Source of the DNA: an uncultured Bacteroidaceae bacterium
Lineage (GTDB): Bacteria > Bacteroidota > Bacteroidia > Bacteroidales > Bacteroidaceae
Length of the DNA: 64,000 nucleotides
Assembly (NCBI GenBank): GCA_904501945.1
Contig: CAJGCU010000001.1
Coordinates: forward strand, 1,639 to 65,638
Direction: 5' to 3'
Below, one piece after another: positions 40,420-49,356 of this stretch (the stretch's first letter is position 1; each line of letters opens with the position of its first letter). Made by a program: the position numbers and the translations under genes. The notes beneath the pieces are model-generated. The model made no database searches and was not told where the DNA came from. It saw only the letters and a program-made list of their open reading frames with translations.

Positions 40420-40461
40420 CATATTATATTAACATATGTATAATTTATAATACATAGGATT

Positions 40462-43400
40462 ATGAATCTCAGTAAATGGGCTTTGTATCGTAGTAAGTTT
40501 ATCAATTTTATAGTTTTGATACTTGTTGTTGGGGGAATATTTGCTTACTATGCGATGCCAAAGTTGGAAGATCCCTCAATTAAGGTGAAACAGGCGATGG
40601 TTGTCACCACTTATCCTGGTGCTTCAGCACATCAGGTGGAATTAGAAGTGACAGACCCTTTGGAGAAAAGCATTTTTGAAATACCTAATTTAAATAATGT
40701 CCAATCATCCAGTTACGCTGACTTGAGCATCATTACTGTTGAGTTACAAACAACTGTCCCTGCTGATGAAGTAGAACAGCATTGGGATATGCTTCGTCGA
40801 AAATTGTCAAACATTCAGCATCAACTTCCGGAAGGTGCTTCTATTCCACAAGTGCGTGATGATTTTGGCAATGTGTATGGAATGTTTTATGCACTTACAG
40901 GAGACGGTTATAGCGATAAGGTCTTAAATGATTATGCTGAACTTATCAAACGTGAAGTAAACGGCATTGATGGTATTGCTCGTGTTGATATATATGGTAA
41001 ACGTAATATGTGTATAAACATTGAGTTGCGAGAAGATAAGATGGCAAATCTTGGTGTGATGCCAACCGAAGTAATAATGACACTTAACAATCAGAACAAA
41101 ACTTGTTATGCTGGTTATTATGATAATGGCACTCATCGTGTTCGTGTGTCTGTAGGTGATAAGTTTGATTCCATAGAAGATATATCCAATATGCTCATAC
41201 AAGGACATGATGACGATATGTTGCGCATCAAAGATATTGCAGTTGTGAGTAAAGTGTATGAAGATGTTACTCGTAATTCCATGTCTTACGACGGTGAGAA
41301 GGCGTTAGGTATCAGTATCGCTTGTTCTTCGGATTATGACATATTGAAAGTTGGTACTCAGGTGGAAAATGTCATTCAATCAATTGAACAAAAGTTTCCA
41401 GCAGGAATTACTTGTAAAAAAGTATTTTACCAGCCTGAGCGAGTGAATGATGCTTTGAATACTTTTTTGGTGAATTTGCTTGAATCAGTTCTCATTGTTG
41501 TTCTTTTGCTAGTCTTCTTCATGGGGTGGAGAAGTGGCGTCATTATTGGTGCAAGTTTGATAGTTATAGTTTTTGGATCATTTTTTGTGCTTCGCAACTT
41601 CGATGGCACCCTTCAGCGTGTGTCGCTTGCAAGTTTTGTTTTGGCTATGGGTATGCTGGTCGATAATGCCATCGTGATAGTTGATGGAGTGCTGGTTGAC
41701 ATGAATCAGGGAAAGTCGCGTGTAGCGGCATTGACATCTATTGGAGGTAAAACTGCTATGCCTTTATTAGGTGCAACTCTTATTGCGATTCTAGCTTTTC
41801 TTCCAATTTTTATGAGTCCAGATACGGCTGGTGTCTATGTACGAGATTTATTTATTGTTATTGCTGTAAGTTTGATACTCAGTTGGATTCTTGCTTTGAC
41901 TCATGTACCTATAATGTGTAACAGGATGCTTCCTCAGATCGTTCCTTCTTCGCAAAAAGAGACGAAAAATCTTTATGAAGGAAAGGCTTATGATATTCTT
42001 AATCAAATATTGATTTGGGGACTACGCCATCGGATATTTGTAGTCGCTTCATCAGTTTCTTTGCTGGCTTTTAGTATTTATTGCTGCAAGTTCATCAATC
42101 AGGCCTTTTTCCCTGATATGGAATACAATCAACTGTATATGGAATACAAACTTCCAGAAGGCTATAACTCTACGCAGACAGCAAATGATTTGGAAGAAAT
42201 ACGCCAGTTGCTTATGAAGCGCGATTACATTACCCATGTGACTGCTTCTGTTGGAGGAACTCCCTCACGCTACAATCTTGTTCGTTCTATTGCAACTCCC
42301 TCATTATCATATGGTGAACTTATTGTAGATTTTACATCTTCATCTGCCTTGGTTGAACATATTGACGCGTTACAAAAAGAAATCAGTAGGTTATACCCCG
42401 ATGCGTATGTTAAATTCAAACGTTATAATTTGATGTTCAAAAAATATCCAATAGAGGCCTGTTTTCATGGCCCCGATCCAGCAGTGCTGCATCAGTTGGT
42501 TGATTCCGCACGCGCTATCGCCGCTGCTTCAGGGAAGGTGTATCTTTTGACTTCAGATTGGGAACCTCAAGTGCCAATGCTTAACATTGCTTATGACCAG
42601 GCTTCTGCTCGTGGACTTGGGCTCTCTCGGAGTGACGTGGCTTTGTCTATGATGGCATATACAGGGGGAGTACCAATTGGTACTTTTTATGATGGTATCA
42701 ATACAGAACAAATTTATGTAAAATGCACTGATGAAGACGGAAATAGTATAGCGAATCTTGAAAATGCTCGTATTTTCGGGCTTATGCCCAATATCGGCCA
42801 GTTCCTTAATCGTTCTACGATGCAGAAATTGATGGCTGGGACTGTGACACGTGATGAGATTGTAGAAAATCTCATACAGACAATCCCCTTGAAACAAATT
42901 TCTCATCGTATAGACATCAGGTGGGAAGAGCCTGTAGTTGTTCGTTACGACGGGGAACGTACCCAACGCTTGCAGTGTTCACCATGCCCAGGTATTGGCA
43001 CAGAAACCGCTCGTAAGTTTATTGCAGAAAAAATTGAACAAATACCATTGCCTGAAGGCTATACACTTACCTGGGGGGGGGAAAAGAAGGCTAGTGATCA
43101 GTCAATGAAGTATCTATTTCGTGATTTCCCACTTTGTATCGTTATCATGATTTTGATTCTCATTATGCTATTTAATGATTATAGAAAAACGGCTATTATT
43201 TTCTGCTGTATTCCGTTGGTTATCATTGGAGTTATTCCTGTTGTAATGCTTACAGGAAAACCTTTTGGATTTGTCGCTATAGTAGGCGTTTTGGGACTTG
43301 TTGGCATGATGATAAAGAATGGTATAGTCTTAATGGACGAAATACATTTGGAAATTTCACAAGGAACTCTGCCTCGTGAGGCATTGTTACATAGTTCGAA

Positions 43401-43581
43401 ATCCAGATTACGCCCTGTCATGATGGCAAGTCTCACTACAATACTTGGTATGATTCCACTTGTGTCTGACGCCATGTTTGGTTCGCTCGCTGTTATTATT
43501 ATGGGTGGTCTTTTTGTAGGAACACTTATTACATTAGTTTTCATCCCTGTATTATATTCTATATTCTTCAAAGTAAAATGA
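40462..43581 (+). CDS. RND efflux permease (AcrB/AcrD/AcrF family)
   Basis: 1039 aa with a 12-TM architecture and two large periplasmic loops. Confidence 0.92.
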   Translation: MNLSKWALYRSKFINFIVLILVVGGIFAYYAMPKLEDPSIKVKQAMVVTTYPGASAHQVELEVTDPLEKSIFEIPNLNNVQSSSYADLSIITVELQTTVPADEVEQHWDMLRRKLSNIQHQLPEGASIPQVRDDFGNVYGMFYALTGDGYSDKVLNDYAELIKREVNGIDGIARVDIYGKRNMCINIELREDKMANLGVMPTEVIMTLNNQNKTCYAGYYDNGTHRVRVSVGDKFDSIEDISNMLIQGHDDDMLRIKDIAVVSKVYEDVTRNSMSYDGEKALGISIACSSDYDILKVGTQVENVIQSIEQKFPAGITCKKVFYQPERVNDALNTFLVNLLESVLIVVLLLVFFMGWRSGVIIGASLIVIVFGSFFVLRNFDGTLQRVSLASFVLAMGMLVDNAIVIVDGVLVDMNQGKSRVAALTSIGGKTAMPLLGATLIAILAFLPIFMSPDTAGVYVRDLFIVIAVSLILSWILALTHVPIMCNRMLPQIVPSSQKETKNLYEGKAYDILNQILIWGLRHRIFVVASSVSLLAFSIYCCKFINQAFFPDMEYNQLYMEYKLPEGYNSTQTANDLEEIRQLLMKRDYITHVTASVGGTPSRYNLVRSIATPSLSYGELIVDFTSSSALVEHIDALQKEISRLYPDAYVKFKRYNLMFKKYPIEACFHGPDPAVLHQLVDSARAIAAASGKVYLLTSDWEPQVPMLNIAYDQASARGLGLSRSDVALSMMAYTGGVPIGTFYDGINTEQIYVKCTDEDGNSIANLENARIFGLMPNIGQFLNRSTMQKLMAGTVTRDEIVENLIQTIPLKQISHRIDIRWEEPVVVRYDGERTQRLQCSPCPGIGTETARKFIAEKIEQIPLPEGYTLTWGGEKKASDQSMKYLFRDFPLCIVIMILILIMLFNDYRKTAIIFCCIPLVIIGVIPVVMLTGKPFGFVAIVGVLGLVGMMIKNGIVLMDEIHLEISQGTLPREALLHSSKSRLRPVMMASLTTILGMIPLVSDAMFGSLAVIIMGGLFVGTLITLVFIPVLYSIFFKVK

Positions 43582-44984
43582 ACACAAAGAAATTTATACA
43601 TACCGCTGTTTTTTTGTTTTTTTTCGTTTTGATAAATGCACAGCCTCTCTCGATCGAACAGTGTCGTGCCAAAGCACTTCTACATAATCGTTCGCTTGCT
43701 GCAGCCAGAGTTAAACTTGAACAAAGTCGTTTTGAAGCAAAGGCTTACAAAGCAAACTATTATCCACAAATTAATTTGACGGCTATCGATCTATATAGCC
43801 TTGCTCATGGGGATTTTACGATGGAAGGAGGACAATTGCCCATTTACAAGTATGTAGGTTCCGAATCTTCCTATGTGCCTGATGTTACGGAGAATCACGA
43901 TGGAACCTATCGTTTGAATCAATATGCCGATTTCCCCGACCAAACTTTCGAGTGGAAAATGAAAAATTTGTTCATTGGAAATATTTCTATCGTAGAGCCT
44001 CTTTTCGCAGGAGGTAAAATTTCTACGGCCTACGAAATGGCTAAACTCGGAACTCGAATAGCTATTGAAAATGTGCGTCTAACAGAGTCGGAAGTTATTG
44101 TTAAAACAGATGAAGCCTACTGTATTGTGGCAAAAACATCAGAACTTGCCAATGTGGCACGGAGCTACAGGACAATGCTTGAAGAGCTAAAAAAAAATGT
44201 AGAAGCAGCTCTCAAACATGGTATGAGTACTCGCAATGACCTGATGAAAGTTCAAGTCAAAATGAACGAAGCAGATTTGTCTATAAAGAAAGCCGAAAAT
44301 GCCAACAGACTTGCTATTATGAATCTCTGTCGCATCATTGGTATGCCAATTAACACGTCCATTAGCATCTTGCCTCCTGATACATTTTCTAACATTTATC
44401 AAGTTCTTGATGACCATGATTCAGCACTTTACGTATCTTCACGTCCTGAGTATGCCATTATTGAACGTAAGACAGAAATGGCGCGCCAAAACATAAAGCT
44501 TGTAAAGAGTGACTTTTTGCCAAATGTTTCACTAAGTGCATCATATACATATTTGAATGGTGGTACATTGGTGGGTAGAAAACTTGCTAACAGCGGAGCT
44601 GCTACTGTTGCTGTTGCTGTAAATATTCCTGTTAATATTTTTGGAGAGGCTTCCGCAAAAGTTAATTCTGCACGAGCAAGCCATCAGATTGCTCTGCTTG
44701 AGCAACAAGACCTCAATGAGCAGATGCAACTTGAACTTTTGCAATGTCAAAACGCGTATGAAGAAGCCCATGCACAATTGAATCTTTGCCAAAAGGCTCT
44801 CTTGCAAGCAGCAGAGCATGTGCGTTTATCCAAACAACAGTACGAAGTTGGTTTTGAAATGCTGAGCAACTATCTTGAAGCCCAATTCCTTTGGCAACAA
44901 AGTAGCGCAAATCTTATTGAAGCCCGTTGGAATCTGTTTATTGCCCATACTCGGCTCTTGAAAGCTAAAGGAGAATTACGGTAG
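43578..44984 (+). CDS. TolC-family outer membrane efflux protein
   Basis: 468 aa with a signal peptide and two OEP repeats. ATGA overlap with the permease. Confidence 0.85.
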   Translation: MNTKKFIHTAVFLFFFVLINAQPLSIEQCRAKALLHNRSLAAARVKLEQSRFEAKAYKANYYPQINLTAIDLYSLAHGDFTMEGGQLPIYKYVGSESSYVPDVTENHDGTYRLNQYADFPDQTFEWKMKNLFIGNISIVEPLFAGGKISTAYEMAKLGTRIAIENVRLTESEVIVKTDEAYCIVAKTSELANVARSYRTMLEELKKNVEAALKHGMSTRNDLMKVQVKMNEADLSIKKAENANRLAIMNLCRIIGMPINTSISILPPDTFSNIYQVLDDHDSALYVSSRPEYAIIERKTEMARQNIKLVKSDFLPNVSLSASYTYLNGGTLVGRKLANSGAATVAVAVNIPVNIFGEASAKVNSARASHQIALLEQQDLNEQMQLELLQCQNAYEEAHAQLNLCQKALLQAAEHVRLSKQQYEVGFEMLSNYLEAQFLWQQSSANLIEARWNLFIAHTRLLKAKGELR

Positions 44985-45183
44985 AAACATGGCAGCCTAT
45001 TGATTCATTTAAAATAGTTATACGACAGTAATACGGTGTGTCCCGCATCGAAATGTTGATATGTTCTTTTATACGTGATTTTTAATTCTCTGCATATTTA
45101 AAGTGAATTCGACGAAACAATGTTTTCTCTCTGTTGCCTGCAATTTCTTATTTTCCAAAATAAGATTTGACTCCTTACGTGCT

Positions 45184-45258
45184 CACCGTGTGCATAATAC
45201 CTTAATCACCGTGTTTAAAATATTTCGTACAAGGTGTTTATAATATTATGTAGGCGGG
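45184..45258. repeat. palindromic intergenic element, copy E2
   Basis: caccgtgtgcataataccttaatcaccgtgtttaaaatatttcgtacaaggtgtttataatattatgtaggcgggt is colinear with E1. Lies between convergent tolC-like and dnaA. Confidence 0.6.
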
Positions 45259-45379
45259 TAAAGCCCCAAATGCTGTTTGTTGATGCCATTATGTGAAGTT
45301 CTATAGGCTATGGTCTGCGTCAATTCTGCGCAGCTAGTTTTTATATCTTTTTCGTCGAATTCAAGGTGTTTAATGCAAT

Positions 45380-45414
45380 GAAGGAGGGAAATATTTTTTT
45401 TGTTTCCCTCCTTC
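45380..45414. terminator. hairpin terminator between dnaA (minus) and the RND operon (plus)
   Basis: 12-bp perfect stem gaaggagggaaa (45380-45391) / tttccctccttc (45403-45414). The loop is T-rich and tattttt follows on the plus strand. Lies 20 nt from the dnaA stop. Confidence 0.6.
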
Positions 45415-45433
45415 TATTTTTCCAAACAAATTT

Positions 45434-46843
45434 TTATTTTTTAGAAAGCCTGATTTCTTCTATCAGTTCCTTGATGTCAAGTTTGATTTTTTCATCCATT
45501 TCCATAATACCGCTAATTTGTTTAATAGCGTGTATTACGGTAGAATGATTACGATTACCAATATACAAACCTATTTGTACATGAGATTTATCTGTTAATT
45601 GATCTGCAAGATACATGGCAACTTGTCGTGCATGAGCTATCTGCTGAGTACGTATGCGTGATTCTATCTGACTTACTTTCAGATTATAATGATTGCAAAC
45701 GCATTGCTTGATGTGGTCAATTGTGATAGGTGTTTCATCTCTTTCTACAAATCTTGGAAGGACTTTCTTAACAAGATTCATATCAATGCTACAATTGTAA
45801 ACAACTGAATATGCAATGAGCGAATTAATAATGCCTTCGAGATCGCGGATGCTTTCATCTAAATTTTCAGAGATGAATTTCAATACGTTATATGGAATGT
45901 TTAATCCTTCTTTTTCAACTTTCGCAGAGAGAATGTCTAGTCGTAGATTCCGTGTCGGCTTCTCTATTTCAGCTTGCATACCCCATTTGAAACGAGTGAG
46001 AAGACGGTCTTCGAGTCCTTGTATGGCGATAGGTGGACGGTCTGCAGAAAGGATAATTTGCTTTCCATTGATATGCAGATGGTTGAATATATGGAAAAAA
46101 GTGTTTTGAGTCTGTATTTTTCCTGAAAGTTCCTGTACGTCGTCAAGAATCAGCGTATCAATAGTTTGGTAGAATCGGATAAAATCATTCACCTTGTTTT
46201 GGCGTACTGCGTCTGTATATTGAACAGTAAAAAGATGCGCAGACAGGTAAAGAACACGCATTTGTGGATGGTGTTCTTTTATACGCGTTCCAATGGCACT
46301 AATGAGATGGGTCTTTCCGCATCCGGAAGGTCCATATACAAAGAATGGGTTAAATGTCTTTGCTGGATTATTGGCAATAGATTCACCGACAGAACGTGCC
46401 AGTCGATTGCTCTCGCCTTCGATATAATTGTCGAACTGGTAATGAGGGTAGAGCTGAGAATCTAAATCTTGTACCATTGGAGCTGTCACATCGTCTGGTG
46501 ATTTGCGGGCATCGAGACGTGGCTCTCCGTTGGTAACTCTTGGAGTAATATTGGTTTTTTCTACAACTTCACAACCTGGCGTTGTTTTTACCACTGCCAC
46601 ATTATAATATAATGCTTTGATGCTATCGCCAAATACTCTTTTGAATGTAGAAGCCATCAATGGCAGGAAGTTGTCCTCCAATAACTTCTTGACAAATTCG
46701 CTAGGTACATTAAGTACCAGCTTGCCATTTTCGAAACTGTGAAGTTCGACAAAGGCAAACGAAGCCGCGAATTGTTCTGGTGTGATATTGTCGCGAATAA
46801 TATCGAGACATCTATCCCACAGTTGTTTTGGAGTTTGTTCCAT
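45434..46843 (-). CDS. dnaA: chromosomal replication initiator protein DnaA
   Basis: 469 aa. Walker A GPSGCGKTHL, an AAA+ core and C-terminal DNA-binding domain ...GNRNHSTVIHAIKQI. Confidence 0.97.
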   Translation of the reverse strand: MEQTPKQLWDRCLDIIRDNITPEQFAASFAFVELHSFENGKLVLNVPSEFVKKLLEDNFLPLMASTFKRVFGDSIKALYYNVAVVKTTPGCEVVEKTNITPRVTNGEPRLDARKSPDDVTAPMVQDLDSQLYPHYQFDNYIEGESNRLARSVGESIANNPAKTFNPFFVYGPSGCGKTHLISAIGTRIKEHHPQMRVLYLSAHLFTVQYTDAVRQNKVNDFIRFYQTIDTLILDDVQELSGKIQTQNTFFHIFNHLHINGKQIILSADRPPIAIQGLEDRLLTRFKWGMQAEIEKPTRNLRLDILSAKVEKEGLNIPYNVLKFISENLDESIRDLEGIINSLIAYSVVYNCSIDMNLVKKVLPRFVERDETPITIDHIKQCVCNHYNLKVSQIESRIRTQQIAHARQVAMYLADQLTDKSHVQIGLYIGNRNHSTVIHAIKQISGIMEMDEKIKLDIKELIEEIRLSKK

Positions 46844-46893
46844 TAGAGTTACGTTAGCTTAGAGTAGTGATTCTCATGTGATTTTTACGAATG

Positions 46894-46901
46894 CAAAGTT
46901 C
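46894..46901 (-). promoter_or_regulatory. imperfect -7 box GAACTTTG upstream of dnaA
   Basis: Plus strand reads caaagttc, 51 nt upstream of the ATG. The first base deviates from TAnnTTTG. Confidence 0.25.
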
Positions 46902-47139
46902 GCCTTTTTTTTTCAAACATCAAAATTTATAAAAAGCGCTGTTATTTATTCTTAAAGAAAAGATGCTTCATATCAGCCATTTACGTTTGTTAAGTTCAGA
47001 AAGTATTTTATTTTATCAACTAATATTAATGTGTTGTAAACTAGTATTTTATAAAAGTTAAGAACTTTTAATTTCTATCTTGATATTGAAAATAACAAAG
47101 ATGTAATTCTTTGTTATTCCATTCTTTATATAACATTTG

Positions 47140-47193
47140 ACAAAGATAAAACAAAAAAGATACTGTTTGAACAAAATTCAAATAGTATCTTTT
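47140..47193 (-). terminator. rho-independent terminator of the MlaD-like gene
   Basis: 17-bp stem aaaagatactgtttgaa (47155-47171) / ttcaaatagtatctttt (47177-47193) with one mismatch on the minus strand. It is followed on the minus strand by tttgttttatc. Confidence 0.65.
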
Positions 47194-47218
47194 TTCATAT
47201 TTTCTTTTTTTGTTTTTT

Positions 47219-48118
47219 TTATTTTTCTTTTCTGCCGAAAAGTGAGAAATGTACATAGCGTTTAGGGTGTAATCGGAGGTCTTCAAGCAGGCGTGAAGAG
47301 TTCATCAAGGTAGAGTCGATGTGCAAGGCGATAGAATTGTCATTGACTAACATGCCGAGCGATGTTTCTTTGCTCTTCATTGCTGTATTTAGTTTGAAAG
47401 TTAGGTCGTTCACATTATTGAGAGTTGCGTCAGCCTTTTGTGCCATGCCAACTATGTCAATTTGATTGATTCTATTGGTTGTTGTCTCCAGGTTTGTGCA
47501 AATATTGTTTGTTTTAGAAATGAGTTGCGGAACATCTTTGCTTAGAAGTCCATTTAATTGCGAAGTAGTAGTTTTAAGTTCCTCTGATATGGTAGCCATA
47601 TTGAGCATGGACGTTGAAAGAGAGGGGTCGTTAGCCAGTGTGTTCAATGCAGAAAGGATAGAGTCCATTTTCGGAAGCATTTTTTCAACTTGAGGAATCA
47701 TGTTTCCGGCCGCAGTCATAAGGTCGGTCATGGGTGTTCCATTGATGGTGTCACCTGGCGAGAGGATGACAGTTGGGTCTGTTCCTAATTTCAAGTTCAT
47801 CATGGCACTTCCAAGCATTTCCTTGGTCATGTAAACAGTAGTGCCTTGGGGAATCTGGAAATCAGGATTGACACAGATTTCGACAGTCAAGTTTTGTTTG
47901 ATTGGATTGAAAGTGATTTCTTTCACAAAACCGACTTTTAGACCATTGGCACGTACGTCTGATGCTGTGGGCATGCCTTGTACATCGGTCATTTCGACAT
48001 AATAAGAAACGTCATTACTGAAAAGTTTGAGTCCTTTCAGGAAGATGATTCCTACATATACAATCAGGATAGCAGCGATGGCTACTAATGCGATTTTTAT
48101 TTCCTTGCTGATTTTCAT
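47219..48118 (-). CDS. MlaD/MCE-family protein
   Basis: 299 aa. N-terminal TM anchor IALVAIAAILIVYVGIIFL, an MCE beta-barrel domain and a helical C-terminus. Confidence 0.7.
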   Translation of the reverse strand: MKISKEIKIALVAIAAILIVYVGIIFLKGLKLFSNDVSYYVEMTDVQGMPTASDVRANGLKVGFVKEITFNPIKQNLTVEICVNPDFQIPQGTTVYMTKEMLGSAMMNLKLGTDPTVILSPGDTINGTPMTDLMTAAGNMIPQVEKMLPKMDSILSALNTLANDPSLSTSMLNMATISEELKTTTSQLNGLLSKDVPQLISKTNNICTNLETTTNRINQIDIVGMAQKADATLNNVNDLTFKLNTAMKSKETSLGMLVNDNSIALHIDSTLMNSSRLLEDLRLHPKRYVHFSLFGRKEK

Positions 48119-48163
48119 ATTGTTGTGGTTGTTTTAATTCGTTACTCTGTTATTATATTAAAC

Positions 48164-49246
48164 TTATTCCTCAAATTGAACTATAAATGCTCCGGGAAAT
48201 TTTTTCAAAATGGATTTACGAATTTTCTCTGCTTCTTTTCGAGTTGATGCAGCGCCATGAGTATAAATGTACTTTCCGTTTTTTGTGTGCATTTCGCATT
48301 TCAGACCTTTGAATTGCCTGTCATTACTTTTGAGTTTAACGTTTCCAGCTAACACCTGAACTTTATAAGTAATCTTTGGGGTGTTAGATGAAACAGTAAC
48401 AGCTTGGGCCGGTGCTGCTTTTTCTTCAGGTGCTGCTTCAATCGCAGGTTGGTATGCTTGAGGTTGCCCTGTCCTAGCCGATACGTACTGTACAATAGCA
48501 TTATAGATGCTGTTTGACATTTTTTTCTGTCCATTGCTGGACATCAAGAACTTTTCTTCTGTTGGATTTGACATGAATCCCACCTCGAGCAATACGCTTG
48601 GCATATAAGTGAGGCGCAGTACTGCCAGATTGGCTTGCCTAACTCCCATGTCTTTGCGCCCACCTGTACGAATCATTTCGTTCTGTACTGTTTGGGCAAA
48701 AGCAACACTTTCTTTCATGTCGTGGTCCTGCATCAGTTCAAACATGATGTTGCTTTCTGGGGTAGCATTGTAATTATATTTTTTTGCAGCTTCGCCTTCT
48801 AAGGCAATGACGGAGTTTTCTCTTTTCTCCACTTCGAGGTTTGTTTCAGCAGTAGAAAGACTTAACGTGTATGATTGGACACCATTCACGCTGCGTCGAG
48901 AACCTTTGGGCAAGGAGTTGACATGGATAGAGATGAAAAGGTCAGCCTTTGCGTCATTGGCAATCTCGGCACGACGTCCAAGTTCGACAAAGACGTCCTT
49001 TGAACGGGTATATACAACTTTGATGTTGGGATTGTTGCTTTTCAGCATTCTTCCAACTTCCATAGTAATATTAAAGGCTATATCTTTTTCTCTGTTCGAA
49101 CGTGATGTTCCGATTGTTCCAGGATCTTTGCCTCCGTGTCCAGCATCCAATACTACAATGAAATCTCCGTCGTCGGACATGGAAGACGCAGAAAGAGGAT
49201 ACAAAAGAATGCTTATATATATAATAATGTGTAAGAAAAGTCTCAT
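48164..49246 (-). CDS. N-acetylmuramoyl-L-alanine amidase (Amidase_3) with C-terminal SPOR domain
   Basis: VVLDAGHGGKDPG...ISIHVNS... and a C-terminal SPOR-like YKVQVLAGN...FPGAFIVQFEE. The start at MRLFLHIIIYISILL (49246) is preferred because the TAACTTTG box lies inside the longer ORF. Confidence 0.85.
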   Translation of the reverse strand: MRLFLHIIIYISILLYPLSASSMSDDGDFIVVLDAGHGGKDPGTIGTSRSNREKDIAFNITMEVGRMLKSNNPNIKVVYTRSKDVFVELGRRAEIANDAKADLFISIHVNSLPKGSRRSVNGVQSYTLSLSTAETNLEVEKRENSVIALEGEAAKKYNYNATPESNIMFELMQDHDMKESVAFAQTVQNEMIRTGGRKDMGVRQANLAVLRLTYMPSVLLEVGFMSNPTEEKFLMSSNGQKKMSNSIYNAIVQYVSARTGQPQAYQPAIEAAPEEKAAPAQAVTVSSNTPKITYKVQVLAGNVKLKSNDRQFKGLKCEMHTKNGKYIYTHGAASTRKEAEKIRKSILKKFPGAFIVQFEE

Positions 49247-49264
49247 CTCTAAAATATTTCGCTG

Positions 49265-49272
49265 CAAAGTTA
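49265..49272 (-). promoter_or_regulatory. -7 promoter box TAACTTTG
   Basis: Plus strand reads caaagtta, 19 nt upstream of the ATG at 49246. Confidence 0.45.
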
Positions 49273-49356
49273 AGAAAAAAACATACGACATCTAAGCAAA
49301 CGTTGAAAAGAATGGCCTTTCCGATATGCTTTTATGCTTTATGGGACAAAGTTTCT

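Noticed and set aside
46844-47218. Calling this spacer oriC because it flanks dnaA.
   Set aside because: No DnaA-box 9-mers are seen by eye and there is no strand switch of genes around dnaA. It is kept only as a finding to test computationally.
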